Part shown: piece after piece, positions 9,903 to 23,459 of the stretch
How positions within the stretch are numbered: position 1 is the first letter of the stretch
Layout: every line of letters starts with the position of its first letter
Assembly (NCBI RefSeq): GCF_036321535.1
Contig: NC_087437.1
Span: forward strand, 12,402,001 to 12,466,000
Direction: 5' to 3'
Length of the DNA stretch: 64,000 nt
DNA from: Camelus dromedarius
Lineage: Eukaryota
Program-made: the position numbers and the translations under genes
The notes under the pieces: generated by a model
What the model was told of the DNA's origin: nothing
The model's input: only the letters and a program-made list of their open reading frames with translations
Databases searched by the model: none

Positions 9903-12900
9903 TCTCACAACGCACTTCTTCCTTCCTGGCTTGGCCAAAAGGATGCACAGACAAGGAAGGGGAGGGCCCGGGCCTTGGTTCACGCCACCTCGTCCCTTCA
10001 TCCCCTCCGGCTTCCTGCCTATGTTAATTTCTATCACCACCTCTTTCCATTTTCAGCTCTTGCAAAACACTGCTGACCAGTTGCTGTATTAAATTCCTTC
10101 TACTGGCTCATCTAGAGCAGGGTGGTTTTTCTAACTGGGCCCTGATCCATACTCTTTTTCTGCCTAAAAGAATATGCTTAGACATTTTTAATATATTTCT
10201 GAATTTGGCTTAAAGATTTTGTCAAAACAGTTTCCTATTGTCTTCAGTAAACTTTTTCTATGTGCCACCAAGCTGACCCCACCGGGAAACTGAGGGCCAT
10301 TCTATCCAGACAGCTTTTCTATATATTTCTATGATTCCTGTTCTATCTACTTATTGGGAGAGAGAGCATGTCATTTTTCTCCACAATTGCAGACACATGA
10401 AACGTGACATATCCTAGTAAAAGAAAGCCTTAATTACAGGGGAGCATCTACCTTAAATCCCCTAAAATGCCCTGTGTAATACATGTAATAGGGCTGAGTT
10501 ATAAAAATGCCACAGGATCTAGTGGGATTAGAACTAGGAACAGAACATGAAATTTTATTTCACTTGGAAAAGCATGCCTAGGGGAAATAATACATAATTC
10601 AGATCTATCAGTAGAAGAGAAAAACCAGGACGGTACTGAGGCCGAGACAGGGTTAAAATAGTAGTGAAGACAGACTTGGTGTTAGCACCAGATTCGGACG
10701 GTAGTAACTTTTTAAGAAGGTAAACGAGCCTGCCAGTTGAGGAGAGGCCGGCAAAGTTGTTAGTGTAAATGATAAAAAGAAAAGACAAGAAAAGGACAAA
10801 TTGCATTGCAGACCACTGACAAGTATGACACAGATGACGTTTTGTACGTCTTTGTTTTGTTTTTTATTAAATATTGGAGGCATTTTCATGAATGGGAAAG
10901 GTTATTATAAGGGACAGCAAAAATTATTCAAATCCTAGAATCTGAGAAGGGATCCTAGAAACTACCTGGATATCTTGGCATCAAACAGATGAAAGAATGA
11001 GGACCAGAGAGAATAAGTAATTCACATCAGGTCCCTTCTTTCCCTCTCAGCGTTGTTCTTGTGTGTGAAATTACAACTCCATGAGGGCTGACCTAGGGAA
11101 AACTCACAACTAACCATAAGAACTTGATGATTAGAAGTGGTGTGAAAAACACAACATGTTTGCATAGGTAAGGAGACTAATATCATCATTGAAAATATCT
11201 TCTTACAAGGGCAGCTGCCCCGTCTTGTCCTTTATGGCCTCCTGGGTGCCCACCTCCTGTCTGGCACGGAGAAGGCTTTAAATAGATGCTGGATCTTTGA
11301 TTGGTAAGGGCGTGAGTGGATGGTTGGATGAATGGAAGGGCAGGAGGGAGGCAGAGACAGGGGAAGGAGCGATGAAGGGAGGGAGGGCGGGTGGAACGAC
11401 AGGTGAGAGACCTCGGAGGGGAAATCTGATCTGTTCTCTAACTTCCTGAGGAAGAACTGACCTTGGCAGTTCTGGGCCATGCCATCTCGGATGGAACACA
11501 GCAAGGACTTCATTTCAGGTGGCATAAAAAGCCAGTCCCATGTTCGTGGTCAGTAGACTTGAGATTGCCAAAAGAGGTGTCCGGAAGTGCCAGTAACGGG
11601 CTAGTAATCAGTTGCCTGAAATGACAAACCAGACCTCACTATCTATGACTAAGTGGAGGAACAGCAAACTAGCGAGTAGTCTGAATTGTCGGACACAATT
11701 TTATTGCTTTTAGATCGTTACAGGAAAATGGGATCGGGTAAGAAAATACTAACTAAAAGAGATCACTGAGGAAGACTCTTCGTTCATTGACAATAGTATG
11801 TAAGCATCATCTCAGGGATACGTCAAAGGATGCCCCCTACAAACTTCAGGGCGATTTTAGACAGTTCTCTGGGATAAAAACGTTCTCCCGGCACTTCTTC
11901 CCGACTATTAATTAGACGTGCTAAACTTTTTCTTCACACCACCCAACCTCCATCTGAATTTTCACAAATTTGTAATTAGAGGAAGTCTGAGTTGATGATG
12001 TATTTCAGGACCCCACCGTTGCTGAAGCAACGGACACCTTGTTGAATGGTTAACTGGAGATCTTGAACATGTGTCACGGAGAAAAAGTTTCATTGGAGCA
12101 AAGTTTGCCTCACTGATTGTGCAGTTATTAATCTGGTATATTTGTTAAACTAAAGAACAGAAAATCCGAGGAAAGTCTGCCGCTCCTTTCCCCCTGTTTT
12201 CCCCTCCTGATGTGTAGCTGAGCTCAGTCACCACCAGGCACTCAATCCCATTCTGAGTTCGCAGCCGTCACAATAGCTGGTGCAGTTTTAGGTTAAGCAT
12301 ATTTTATCCCTAAATTGCTATATTTGGTTCTCGAGTTATTATTGCAGTTCCTTGGGGTACATTTAAATCCACCTTATTGTAATAGATTATGGAATAGAGT
12401 GGCTAATGTGTCTAATGTAGAATAAATGACTGTAATGATTTATGATGCGACACTTCAATTTTATTGAACATAAGGATCATTGTACTGAAATGGATGGTGT
12501 ATTGCTGGTTTAGCATAAAATACTGAATAACATATTCAGGAAAATGAATGGCTCGGCCAGTTCATAATATTCTGCCCCTTCAGCTGAGAGGTCTTTAATA
12601 AGCAAGAGTGTCATTACGCTTGAAAATGTATGTATAGGTAATCCATTATCTAGAACAATGACAGGGATCTGCTCAGGTCCTTATTCAAGAAGGGGCTCTT
12701 TAGGAGAAAATGCAGAGTTCTCTGGTCTTCCTGAAAGGATGATTTCCAACCAACCACGCGGCAGCTACAACAGTGCTTAGCAGAACCGTGAAGGGCCCCC
12801 ACACTTAAACATTCTCACCTTGAGGCTCTCATGACCTACTAGACAGGGGAATTTCAGGAGGTTTTGATTCTTTCAGCACTGTCCTCGGGCAATATCCTTA

Positions 12901-15464
12901 ATGTCCTTTTCTTTGTGTCCACTCACCAACATTTTATTTTAACTCTTGCAGTGCACATCACTTAGAGTAACTCATGATATGTCTTTCATGATAAGCCTTT
13001 CATGAACTCCGCATTTGCGGTTGATTACCAACAAAGGAGAATTAAGGAGATCTGATTTAGCTATTCATTTTTCTTAACTACAGTACTAAAGACAGTTTCC
13101 AGTGACACATGAGGGCAATATATTTGCATGCTCAGGCCTGGAAGATGAAAGGAAATTCTACTATGACCGATGACAGGTTTCAATTAATGGTACAGTTCTG
13201 TCTTCCCAAAAGTGGGGTGGTGGGGGGGTGGTCAGGAGGGATAAGGGAACTGACAGGAGTTTTTCCTGACCCTCTCACCCTTGTGATACTATGATCTCGC
13301 CGTCGCAGCCCCATGGTCCCCCTGGGATACAATTTGATGACATGGGCAATTCCCACCTAATAACTAAATCCTCATGGAGTTATCTTAATAGCAGCCATCC
13401 ATTCGTGGGAAGGAAAACTGGTCTTTCTCCTGTGAAGTGGCCATGCTGTCCTCAGGGAAGAGGGGACCTGTGTATTTTGAACCTGGCTACCTCATCACGT
13501 GTAGGACTCTTGTAAACTCACTGCCCTACATTATCCTCAACATGTACTGAATTTACTCCCATTCTCTCTCCCTCAGACCCAACAAGCTCATCTACCCAAC
13601 CCAAACTGAGAAGGGCTCAACTCCCCTCCCACAAGCCCCTGATCCAGGGGTCTTTTCCTTACAGGCCTGAGATCTCAGGTCAGCACCATGCCGTGCGTCC
13701 ATGCATACGGGGAAGTTTTGATTTCCTTTGCCTCAAACGGCGGATTTCAGCATTGCCTGAAAAGGGACGGGTCATGATGAGAAAGTAATCTTTCGACCAA
13801 GTGAACACTGTGTTTGCGGAGCGAGGGAGTTTTACATTCCAGAGCAGAAAAAATAATGTTTACAGTAGATTCTGCACTGTGTAGATTTCAGGCATTTATT
13901 TACTTAGGATACACTCTCAGGCCAGTTTTTATATTATTATTATTTTGAAAAGGTGACATAGCTTGGAACTATTCACTGCAGAAAGTCATTAGAGATATCT
14001 TTATATCCTAACTTAATTGGGGAGGTCAAAGGCTTGTTGTATATCAGTCTATTTCTGGAACAGTGTGGTTATTTTTTCTGTAATCAGCAACTAGAAATGA
14101 AAGTGATAAGGACCATCTTTTTGCTAGTAGGTATGTTGCTTTTGGATCTTCTGTTCCATCCATCTAGAATAGAACAAGCCAAGGGGTGCTGAGACACATC
14201 TGACCCCAAAAAGTCCCCCAACCTCCACAACCTGCCCACCCACCCCCAGTTCCTAAATTTTAGGATTCTTTTCCACAATAAATTCTGTGTAGTCATTAGA
14301 GACAGTCAGGATGTTTTCATAAAGACTGTTAGGGCATTTTCTTTTTGCTTCATGACTTCACTATTTTCCCTCAAAATATTGTAGTAAATTAAAATGGTTT
14401 ATAAAGTCTTACCACTGCCCCATGAGGCCTTGTTTTCTCTGCATTATGCTCACACGCCAGCTTCAGTTTGAATCCTTCTCTGATCATCTTTGGGAACTGA
14501 TCCCCACTGTATAATGTCAACCGAAGAGACACTTAGCAGGGCTAAAAACACACAATCTAACAATCGGCCATTGAGGGGTCTTCCTGCTCTGACTGCATGA
14601 CCAATTCACCAACCCCCTACCCTGTGTCCCAGCCTCTTTTCCTTCTGCCATTTCCTCGTTCTCTGCTGCCTTTATATCCTTGTGTGTGAAATTATTCATC
14701 ATGTCAAATATCAACTTGATTTCTTCTAAAGTCTTATGTCTTACTTCCAGCACCAAAGTACTGCATAGAATCCAGGCGTCCATCTATGTGGGACCACAGG
14801 CAGAATTGCTGATGTTGACGTCTCTGAAAAAAGTGCTAAAGAGGCCTTTTCTGAAACCTCGAATTTACATATATTTTTTTAAACCAAAGATGTGATTTGG
14901 CTTCTTTCCCAGTGAACTCATCCAACTATTTCTTCTTTCAATCTTGGAGCATATAGTAAGATCCCAGGTAAAGCCTCAACGTTTATCACTTAATCCCTTC
15001 AAAATGCTTTGATTTACAGAACAGAGGCTTGTACCTGGGAAATTTGGAGGTATCCACCAACATTGATATTTTAAAGTATTTTTCTCTATATCCTCCTTCA
15101 AATTATAAGCTATTGTATAAGCCCATCAAAGGAGCTTCGGGTTTCTCTCTGGGAGCATTGTTTTTCTAAGTGTGGTTGTCTTTGTGGAAATTGGCCTCAA
15201 CTTAACCAGCAGACCTTCCCTTGCTGGGCACAGTGAGCCTGGGATGAATTGAGAAACAATTATCCCTGAGCTAAACGGGACAGATGCCATGTCTGAAGTG
15301 ACATGTGTCACGCTGAGACTTTGAGAACTTGACTAAAGGACTTTGAAACATATAGGGGAAAGCCGTGGGTGTTTATGGATACAAAACAATAATGGGTCTG
15401 CTCCTTCCAAGCCAGAGGTAACTGAATATGTGTATTGTATACTGCCTTTTTTGTTTGTTTGACC

Positions 15465-16290
15465 AAAAAAGTTAAAATATCTAGAGATGAACTTAACAGA
15501 GACAGATTAAAAAAAATTTAAATTCTGGCATCATCCACTGTGGTTCTTGAATAACTGCAGAGATACCTCATTCTTGGGTAGGAGAGCTCAGTGCTACACA
15601 TTTGTAATGTCTCCCCAGAATGAGCTATGGGTTCAATGAGATGACTTCCAAACTGAAAAAAAAGATATTTGGAGGATGGATGTTAACTTGGTGCAATGAC
15701 TCTTAAGTTTATCTGGAAAAATTAAAAGATGACAATAAGGGGGGAAAAGTTTGCAAAAAGAGGTAAGAGAAGACCTCCTTTCCATATAATAAAATGCATT
15801 ATAAGCAACAGTGGTCAAAACAGTGAGTTACTGGTGGAGGGGTAGCAAGTTGAGTGCAGCAGTGTCTCTTCTGGAGGTCGTCCCAAGGACACAGGGAAAG
15901 TCAGCAGATGAGGTGGCCTTCCAATGAACAGCGGAAAGGTGGACTGTTTAATAAATGTCAGGGGAGAAAATAAAGCAAGCTTCCTACTTCACTTCTTCCA
16001 CCAAAAAAGAAAATTCAGATAACCCCTAGAGGGATAAATGATTGTAATGGGGAAAAAAGTTGATACCCCAAAGTTGTAAAAGAAATTCTGGGTGTATTTT
16101 ATGCTAAAGAAGGGAGGATCTTTCTAGGAGAGACATGAAAGGCAGGAACTGTAGGGTAAGATACTGATATATCTGACTGCAAAACAAAACTAGGCTCTCA
16201 TCAAAAGTCAAAGGACAAACAACAAACTAGGATAAGATATTTACAGTATATATTTCAGAGGTCTGATTTTTTACTGAGCAAAGTCATTCA
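15465..16290 (+). mobile_element. Ancient L1 (L1ME-like) ORF2 remnant
   Basis: A-rich strand; taaaatatctagagatgaacttaaca, aagtttatctggaaaa, gcaacagtggtcaaaacagtg, ggactgtttaataaatg. Confidence 0.7.
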
Positions 16291-16337
16291 TTTATATACA
16301 AATGTACATATATCATTTTAATTTCTTCAGATAGACT

Positions 16338-16490
16338 TTTTTTAATTTTTAAAAACTGTTTGGGTTTTTTTGGGGGGAGGGTAATTAGGTTTATCTATTT
16401 ATTTATTTTTCAGTGGAGGTCCTGGGGACTTGAGCCCAGGACCTCGTGCGTGCTGAGCATGCACACTACCGCGTGAGCCATACTCTCCCC
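16338..16490 (-). mobile_element. Camelid tRNA-Ala-derived SINE (Vic-1-like)
   Basis: T-rich tail, gtaattaggttta, then the reverse complement of the tRNA-like head; degenerate TSD tcttcagatagact/tctccaggtagatt (11/14). Confidence 0.88.
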
Positions 16491-16824
16491 TCTCCAGGTA
16501 GATTCTTAACAGTCACGTGCTCTGGGAGGGACACATCAAACTTTTTACCACGCCTTTGGGACCATCTTTGACTTAATTTTCTGATCTTATTTTTATAATA
16601 ATACAAGCATGCATGACTTTTATAAACAAAAACTAAAAGCTCTGTTGATAGTGTGTTTAACTTTGAACCATAAATCAATGGTTCTTAGTCATTTGATAGA
16701 CAGTCTTTTTTTAAGAATCAGACAAAAGCTGTCATTTCCATCCCGTGACCAGTGCACATAAGTACAGACACCTGAAAGGCTGCATGAGTAATGAATCCCT
16801 GTTCTGGACAGTTCTTCTAAAGTG

Positions 16825-17246
16825 AGCTAGTCGCAATTATCCAGTGATGCAAAACCACCCCAAAACGCAGTGACTTAAAACACGAACCATTTTATTGCTT
16901 AAGATTCTTGGGTCAGAAATTCAGGCAGGACTGAGCAGGGACAGCTTGTCTCTGCCTCAGGTGCACATGTCTGCATGTTGCTGAGATTGGAGAACCCAGG
17001 AGGGCCTCGCTTCCATGTGTAAGCCTTGGTTCTGCCTGTGGGCTGGACATGTGGTTTCTGACGTTCTCGACCTCTACGCAGTATCACTGTCACCATATTC
17101 TGTTCATCAGAGGAAGTCACAGGGCCAGCCTGGATTCAAGGTGAGGGGAGTAGACTCACAGTGGGAAGGATGGCCCAGTCAGACTGCAGAGGACACATGG
17201 GATGGGAACGGGACTGCTGTGGCCAGCTTTGAAAACCGTCTACCAG
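16825..17246 (-). mobile_element. MLT1H-like MaLR solo LTR
   Basis: aaaccaccccaaaacgcagtgacttaaaacac...ggtcagaaattcaggcagg...gtcacagggccagcctggattcaagg. Confidence 0.8.
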
Positions 17247-17799
17247 GATGTGACTCTGAAAATGTGCCTCTTTTAGCCAACAGATGAATTCGTTTGTCCT
17301 CACATTCAAGTTCAACAAAAGTAATCTAGGATTGACTGTAAACTATAATAGTCAACAACTCAATTTAAATATCCAAGTTGGTTTTTTTGCAACTTATTTA
17401 AGATCACTCCCCACCAATAAGAACCATGGCTATGTGTGTATGTGTGGAATGGGGAAGTAGATGCCATAACTTTGGCTGATATATCGTATTTCATGCATTT
17501 TGAAATAAAATGTTTTGCCCATAATTGGAAGGCTCTAGTTTGGAAGATTTTCAGAAAACCCACTATCCTGGATAATGAAGGGTCACCATACATTTTGATG
17601 CTGGACTTCCAGGCCTCCACTAAGAAGAAGAATGCAGAAAAAACACAAGCCATGACCCTAAAATGGATTAATGTGGTGATAAGATGGAAAAATTAAAGTT
17701 AATTTATGATCCCGAAGCCCAAGACAACTTTCAGTTAAATGTGATAAATTTAACCATAAGTTTATCTCCCTTCTAAAACATCATCAACACTAGTCTCTA

Positions 17800-20700
17800 A
17801 CTCTTATATGACAGCAAACTATCAAGAATTATAAAGCATATGAGGAATGTTTCCAATGTAAAATAATAAACAAAGGTAAATAAACAAAAGAGGAACCTAA
17901 AGAAAACAAATAGTAAAGGAAATGGAAGAAAATAATTAAAATTACTCATTTGTGGTCTCAGATAAATTTGAAGACATTGTACACTAATAAAGAGCAGGAA
18001 ACTGAAAAGAAGAAACAAAAAAGAACTCTTGGAAATAAAAATAAAATTGCCAAAATGAAACAAGACGTTAAATGCAAATTTTCTCGCGGTCTCAGTTTTA
18101 ACCAGATCCAAGATGAACGGATTCCACATCACCTACTTAGTTCACACAAGAGAACCTCCCTTACCTTCACCCATCTTAAGCACATATGAGAGGAGGTGAC
18201 ATTCATGGAGGGAGGGCAGTAGTGAGAACTTCTTTAGAGAGAGGTACCAGTGTGTTCTTTGTTGCTCATTTTCCTCTGGGGAAAGGAAATTCACTTTTTA
18301 AGAAATACTCAAGGATGTTGCCATATGCTTCCATAAAATTCAGGGGGACAGATGATTGGTACCTAACTGCCCCAGCAGAAGAGCAAGGAGAAAGGGCTGC
18401 GGTGAGAGCCCACTGCATCCTGCTGGTGGTTGAACAAATCTTTGTGCTTCCCATGGGTCACATGTGGAAACTATGGAAGGGAACAGAAATTGCATCATCC
18501 TGAAAGGGACCCCTAGACAAGCAAGATGTCCCCAATTGTCTATTGAGACAATTGTCTAATTGAAACTATTTTTAAAAACCTGGAAGTGGCCCAAGTTTCT
18601 TTCAAGGGCAGGAAGAAAATATTCAAAATAATATGGCTGACAGACTATGGTATTTAAAAAATGATTTCCTGATTTCAGCCTTACAAGTCCAACTTTTTTT
18701 TTCAACAGACTAGTTACATTTGTGGTTTCATCTGCCTTCAGTATCGCCTTAGTATAGATCTATAACTATCTTGTCAGCCCCTGGAGCCCCTCCTAAAACT
18801 CTGAGACAATCTGGAAAGTCACAATTAACATCTCTTTATAGAAATAAACATATATAGTAGGCAACTAAGTGACAGTATCAAGAAACTGTCCCAAAATGTA
18901 GAATAAAAGGACAAAGGGATTGTAAAGTGAAAGACAGGGGGAAAAAAGATTTAGATCAACACAGAAGGTTTAACATTTAACTATGAATAATTCCAGAAAG
19001 AGAGAAAAGACAAAATGGATGGGGGGACATTTTTTAAATATAAAATACAAAATAAAGGAAAATTTTCAAGATTTGAAGGACATTAAGTTCCAGACTGAAA
19101 GGGCACAACAAATGCCTAGGCATAGTGATTTAAAAAATCAGTAAATAAAAAGATCCACACTGAGGAACACTACTGGGATATTTTCGAAATAACAGGTAAA
19201 GACTCAGAAAGCATTCCAAAAAGAGGGGGACAGAGTCATCCTCAAAGTATTGGAATCAAAAAGACATTAGACTTTTTAGTAGCCACAGTTAGAAGAGAGA
19301 GAAACATAAAGGCAGTATTTTTGTAATTCTGAGAGGAAAAGGTTTTCAACCTAGAATTCTACACTTGTCAATACTAATCCAGTGCGAGCACAGGCTAAAG
19401 CATCTTCAGATATGTAGGGCCTCAGAATATTTCTCTTCCCTGCATGCTTTCTTATTATGATCTGCTAAGTTTGACTTTAGCCAAATGAGGCAATTAATTC
19501 TGAAACAGAAAGGATACATGAAACATAAAACCCAATACAGGAAATCAGAAATGTAAAGAATATCCAGATGATGGGAAAGGTAAAGTCCCAGGTGACAAAC
19601 TGTGCCATTACTCTAGAGAGAAAGGAGTTCAGGATAAAGCAAGAGAATGAAGAGCTCTGGATGGAGTTCTCCAAGAGGGGGTGGAGAGGAATTGATATCT
19701 TATCTGGTGTATTTGACCTTTGGAAAGTAATACTTATAATGGAGCAGTTGAAGGAAAACTTAAGAATAAATATATAGAAAACCAAGCCAATTTAATAACA
19801 GAAGCAATTGTGAAGTCATTTGTACAAGAAATGAGAAATAATTATAGTACACTACTTGGCTCTGCAGTAAATGATAGTACTTAAAACATTGAATTTTTTT
19901 GTATTTTTTTATTGAGGTGTAGTTGATTTACAATGTTGTGTTACTTTCTGGTTTATAGCATAGTGATTCAGTCATATATACTTATGTATCTATTCTTTTT
20001 CAGATTATTTTTCATTATGGGTTATTACAAGCTATTGAATATAGTTCCCTGTGCTACACAGTATAAACTTGTTGTTTATCTGTTTTATCTATAGTAGTTT
20101 GTATCTGCTAATCCCAAGCTCCTAATTTATCCCTCTCTCCTCTTTCCCCTTTGGTAACCACAAGTTTGTGTTCTAAGTCTGTGAATCTGTTTCTGTTTCG
20201 CAAACAAGTTCATCTATGTCATATTTTAGATTCTACATATAAGTGATATGATATTTGTCTTTGTCTGACTTATTTCACTTACTATTAAAATCTCTAGATT
20301 CGTCTATGTTGCTGCAAATGGCATTATTTTATTCTTTTTATGTCTCAGTAGTATTCCATTGTATATACAAGCCACATCTTCTTTATCTAATCTGCTGATG
20401 GACATTTAGTTTGCTTCCATGTCTTGGCTATTGTAAATAGTGTTGCTATGAACATTGGGGTTCATGCTTCTTTTAGAATTAGGGTTTTCTCCAGATATAT
20501 GCCCAGGAGTGGGATTGCTGGATCATAAGGTAACTCATTTTTAGTTTTTTTAAGGACTCTCCATACTGTTTTTCTATAATGGCTTCACCAAATTTACATA
20601 CCCACCAGCAATGCAGGAGGATTCCCTTTTCTCCATGCCCTCTCCAGCATTTATCATTTGTGGACTTTTTTAACAATGGCCATTCTGACCAACGTGAGGT

Positions 20701-21190
20701 TACACTTCATTATAGTTTTGATTTGTATTTCTCTGATAATTAGTGATATTGAGCATATTTTCATGTGTCTGTTGGCCATTTGTATGTCCTCTTTGGAGAA
20801 ATGTCTTTTAGGTCTTTGGCCCATTTTTTGATTAGGTTTTTTAAAACATTGATCGTTGATTTAACAAAAATTTTGTTAGAAATTATAAATACTCATGGTA
20901 TATCATTAGAAATATATTTTTAAATGGGGTGAGAAGGAGAATGGTGTAAAAGCTAGATCCTCATTCCTATAAAGGATACCTATATGCAAAGTATAAAATT
21001 AGTGCACTAAGGAATATCAGTATAAGAAATTTGGCAATCTGGAGATCAAAATAATTGCTAAAGGAGTTTTAAGGGAAAGAGGTGGGAGTTCAGGGCATGT
21101 GATGGGTGGGGGAGGGGTAGTAGTGTTTAATAATTATGTTTCTTTTGTCATTTTTTTCTTAATGATGTATATTACTTTGACAAAGAATTT
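17800..21190 (+). mobile_element. HAL1 (half-L1) remnant in three pieces (~17800-18065, ~18860-19892, 20853-21190)
   Basis: ORF1-like A-rich sequence (gaactcttggaaataaaaa; ttccagactgaaagggcac; ttcaacctagaattctacac) and the HAL1-like motif gatgatgggaaaggtaaagtcccaggtgacaaactgtgc. Confidence 0.7.
19893..20840 (-). mobile_element. 5'-truncated L1 (ORF2 C-terminus + 3'UTR) inserted in HAL1
   Basis: T-rich tail; ORF 20479-20676 gives [23 protein letters not shown] (L1 ORF2 C-terminal region); perfect 12-bp TSD ttaaaacattga at 19881-19892 and 20841-20852. Confidence 0.95.
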
Positions 21191-21349
21191 AAAAGGAAAC
21201 AAAAAGAAAGATATCCAACATGGCTTGATTCAATTCCAGCAAACATTATTTGTTGGTCACCTTCTTTCTTCAAATCAGTATATTGTGGAGGATTTGAAGA
21301 CATACACATCTTGTGGGATTCTTTAGGGATGGAGAAAGATTCCATACTG

Positions 21350-21553
21350 AATAGTGAGGAACCAGGCTCTGAGGTCCAGCCTACGCCCTTGCTGGCTGGC
21401 TGACTCTCTGTGCCTATGTTTCCTCATCTGTAATATGGAAACGGTGTCAGAAGAAACATACTGAGTAGGTTATTGGGGTGGATTAAGTGAGCAGGTGCGT
21501 ATAGACCGCTTCTGTGCCCGGCACATACTAAATGCTCAGTAAGCAGCAGTTAT
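21350..21553 (+). mobile_element. MIR SINE
   Basis: ctctctgtgcctatgtttcctcatctgtaatatgg...ggattaagtgag...gtgcccggcacatactaaatgctcagtaa. Confidence 0.85.
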
Positions 21554-22907
21554 CGCTCCATTTTACCTGACAACACACACGTCGCCAAGTGGTGAATGGA
21601 ATGCGAGAAGGGCATTCGAAATGCGTAGGAAGCAAAGACGTGGATTTTTTAAAAAGAACTCCCTGATAAAAATAATTGTTAGTTGCAGTTAATTACAGGG
21701 CCCTGCTGATGAGCTGGAAAGCTTTGCAAAAGCAACCCAGCGTGTGGCTGACTTGCCGAGCCAGCGTGCGGGTGTGTCTCTGCTCTGCTGCCATCTCCTG
21801 CCTTTCCCACATCAGGCCAGGTCTGGCACTTCATTACCTTCTCTTGGCTCCGCTGGGTTCATCGGTACAGTTGCCTCTTAAGGTTTCTGCTCCAGCATAA
21901 CTGCTGACAGCATTCACCCCATCTTCTGGCTGTCAACTGAAAGGCCACGGAGAGTTTACTTCCTGAGTGGGGGCCCTGCTGGAGAACAGATAACCCAAAT
22001 CCCACATGTTTACTTTCTGCAAAAGCAGGCAAGTAAATTCCAAGCTCCTGCCCCTGAAGGCCTTATCTATATGTTCTCCGCTGTACTCTTTTCTTGAACT
22101 GATATTTCGGCACCTATACGACCAGGAAATGGACCAAAGGAAAGCACAGTACACAGTGTGAAGCGTCCAAATAAAGACATTTTGTTGGTGTGTGTAGTAA
22201 AGTGCTAGTAATGTGCCTTACATACACTACATTTAGAATTTAGTTTAATGGTATCTTATTATTACCATTTTCCTCAGTAGATTTTAAACCTCTTGCAGGA
22301 AAGAACCAGCCGTTCGACTTCTCTGTAACACTAGTGCCTGGCCCAGTCCTCTTCTGATGTTAAGTGCTTGTAAATATCCCAGCTTTGAGAAGGAGGGGCT
22401 GTGACGTTCCCATCCATTTCAGATCTTTAGAACAAATCCTCAGCCACAGGAACCACATGGACAAGCATGGCCCCCTCTCTGATCACTTCTGAACTGTTCC
22501 TAGGTTTAGTGCCATTACCTGGGTATTAAGGGACTGAGCAATACTGGGAGGACGGGGGTTCCCAGGGAATGGACCATTGCACATTATGTTGGGGATGAGA
22601 GTGTGTGATTGAGAGATGTTGAGGGCCCTGTGATGTCCTGCTCTGTGAGGCTGAAGAGAGGACATGGAAATGACAAGGAAGTAGATGGAAGGAAGTGGCA
22701 GAGAGTGCCCAGGTAGTTGCAAACCCCCACGGAAGCTGTGAACAAACCCCTGTCTTCAGGGAAACTACATTGTGCTAGGTAATCTCCATCAGATAGATCC
22801 CAGTGCATTGGGATGAGGTATCACTGAATAGCAGAATGTGTGAAAAGAGGGAGCCCTGGGGCCGTGTGCTAAATCAAAAAAGGCAGGAATTAGGAATGTC
22901 CATTTTG

Positions 22908-23132
22908 GCAGGGAGGGTATAGCTCAGTGGTAGAGTACATGCCTAGCAAGCACAAGGTCCTGGGTTCAATCCCCAGTACCTCCATTATAAATAAATAAAT
23001 AAATAAACAAACAAGCAAACCTAATTACTTCCCCACGAATATAAATAAATAAATAAAAAGATAAAATTTGTTTTAAATTTAAAAAATAAAATGCTATGTA
23101 GATGGTGTTTACCATTCATTAAAAAAAAAGAA
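22908..23132 (+). mobile_element. Camelid tRNA-Ala-derived SINE (Vic-1-like), long-tailed form
   Basis: gggagggtatagctcagtggtagag...gggttcaatccccagtacctcca with Pol III A box (22920-22930) and B box (22963-22973), (AAAT)n tails; TSD aggaatgtccattttg/agaaatgcacattttg (13/16). Confidence 0.92.
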
Positions 23133-23459
23133 AGAAATGCACATTTTGTCCTATTGTGTATTTCGCTCTAGTCTAGCTCTGTCAACCACTGAACCACCAT
23201 CCTGCCCCTACCATCCTTCACCAAGAAAGAAAAAATTGGAACATGTTTACTATAGAATCACGTGGGAAACCATTCTGTGTACCAACAATAATAAAGATTT
23301 TTTTTGGAACATGACTGTCCGATTCAGCATGCAGTCACCAGCATTGTGGCTATTTTAGGAAGCATTCAGTTCTTCAGAGACAACTTACACAGCGTGGATT
23401 TGAAAAGTTCCCTCCACCTGCTGGAAGGCTGAGACTGGAGGGGCTTTAGCAAGAGTACT

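Noticed and set aside
18066..18860. Novel insertion splitting HAL1
   Set aside because: No TSD or terminal repeats seen, and part resembles decayed old L1 3' sequence. Cannot be supported as a single element.
22908..22985. tRNA-Ala gene
   Set aside because: The tRNA-like head is followed by SINE tails and flanked by a TSD, and there are three related copies in the window. It is a SINE.
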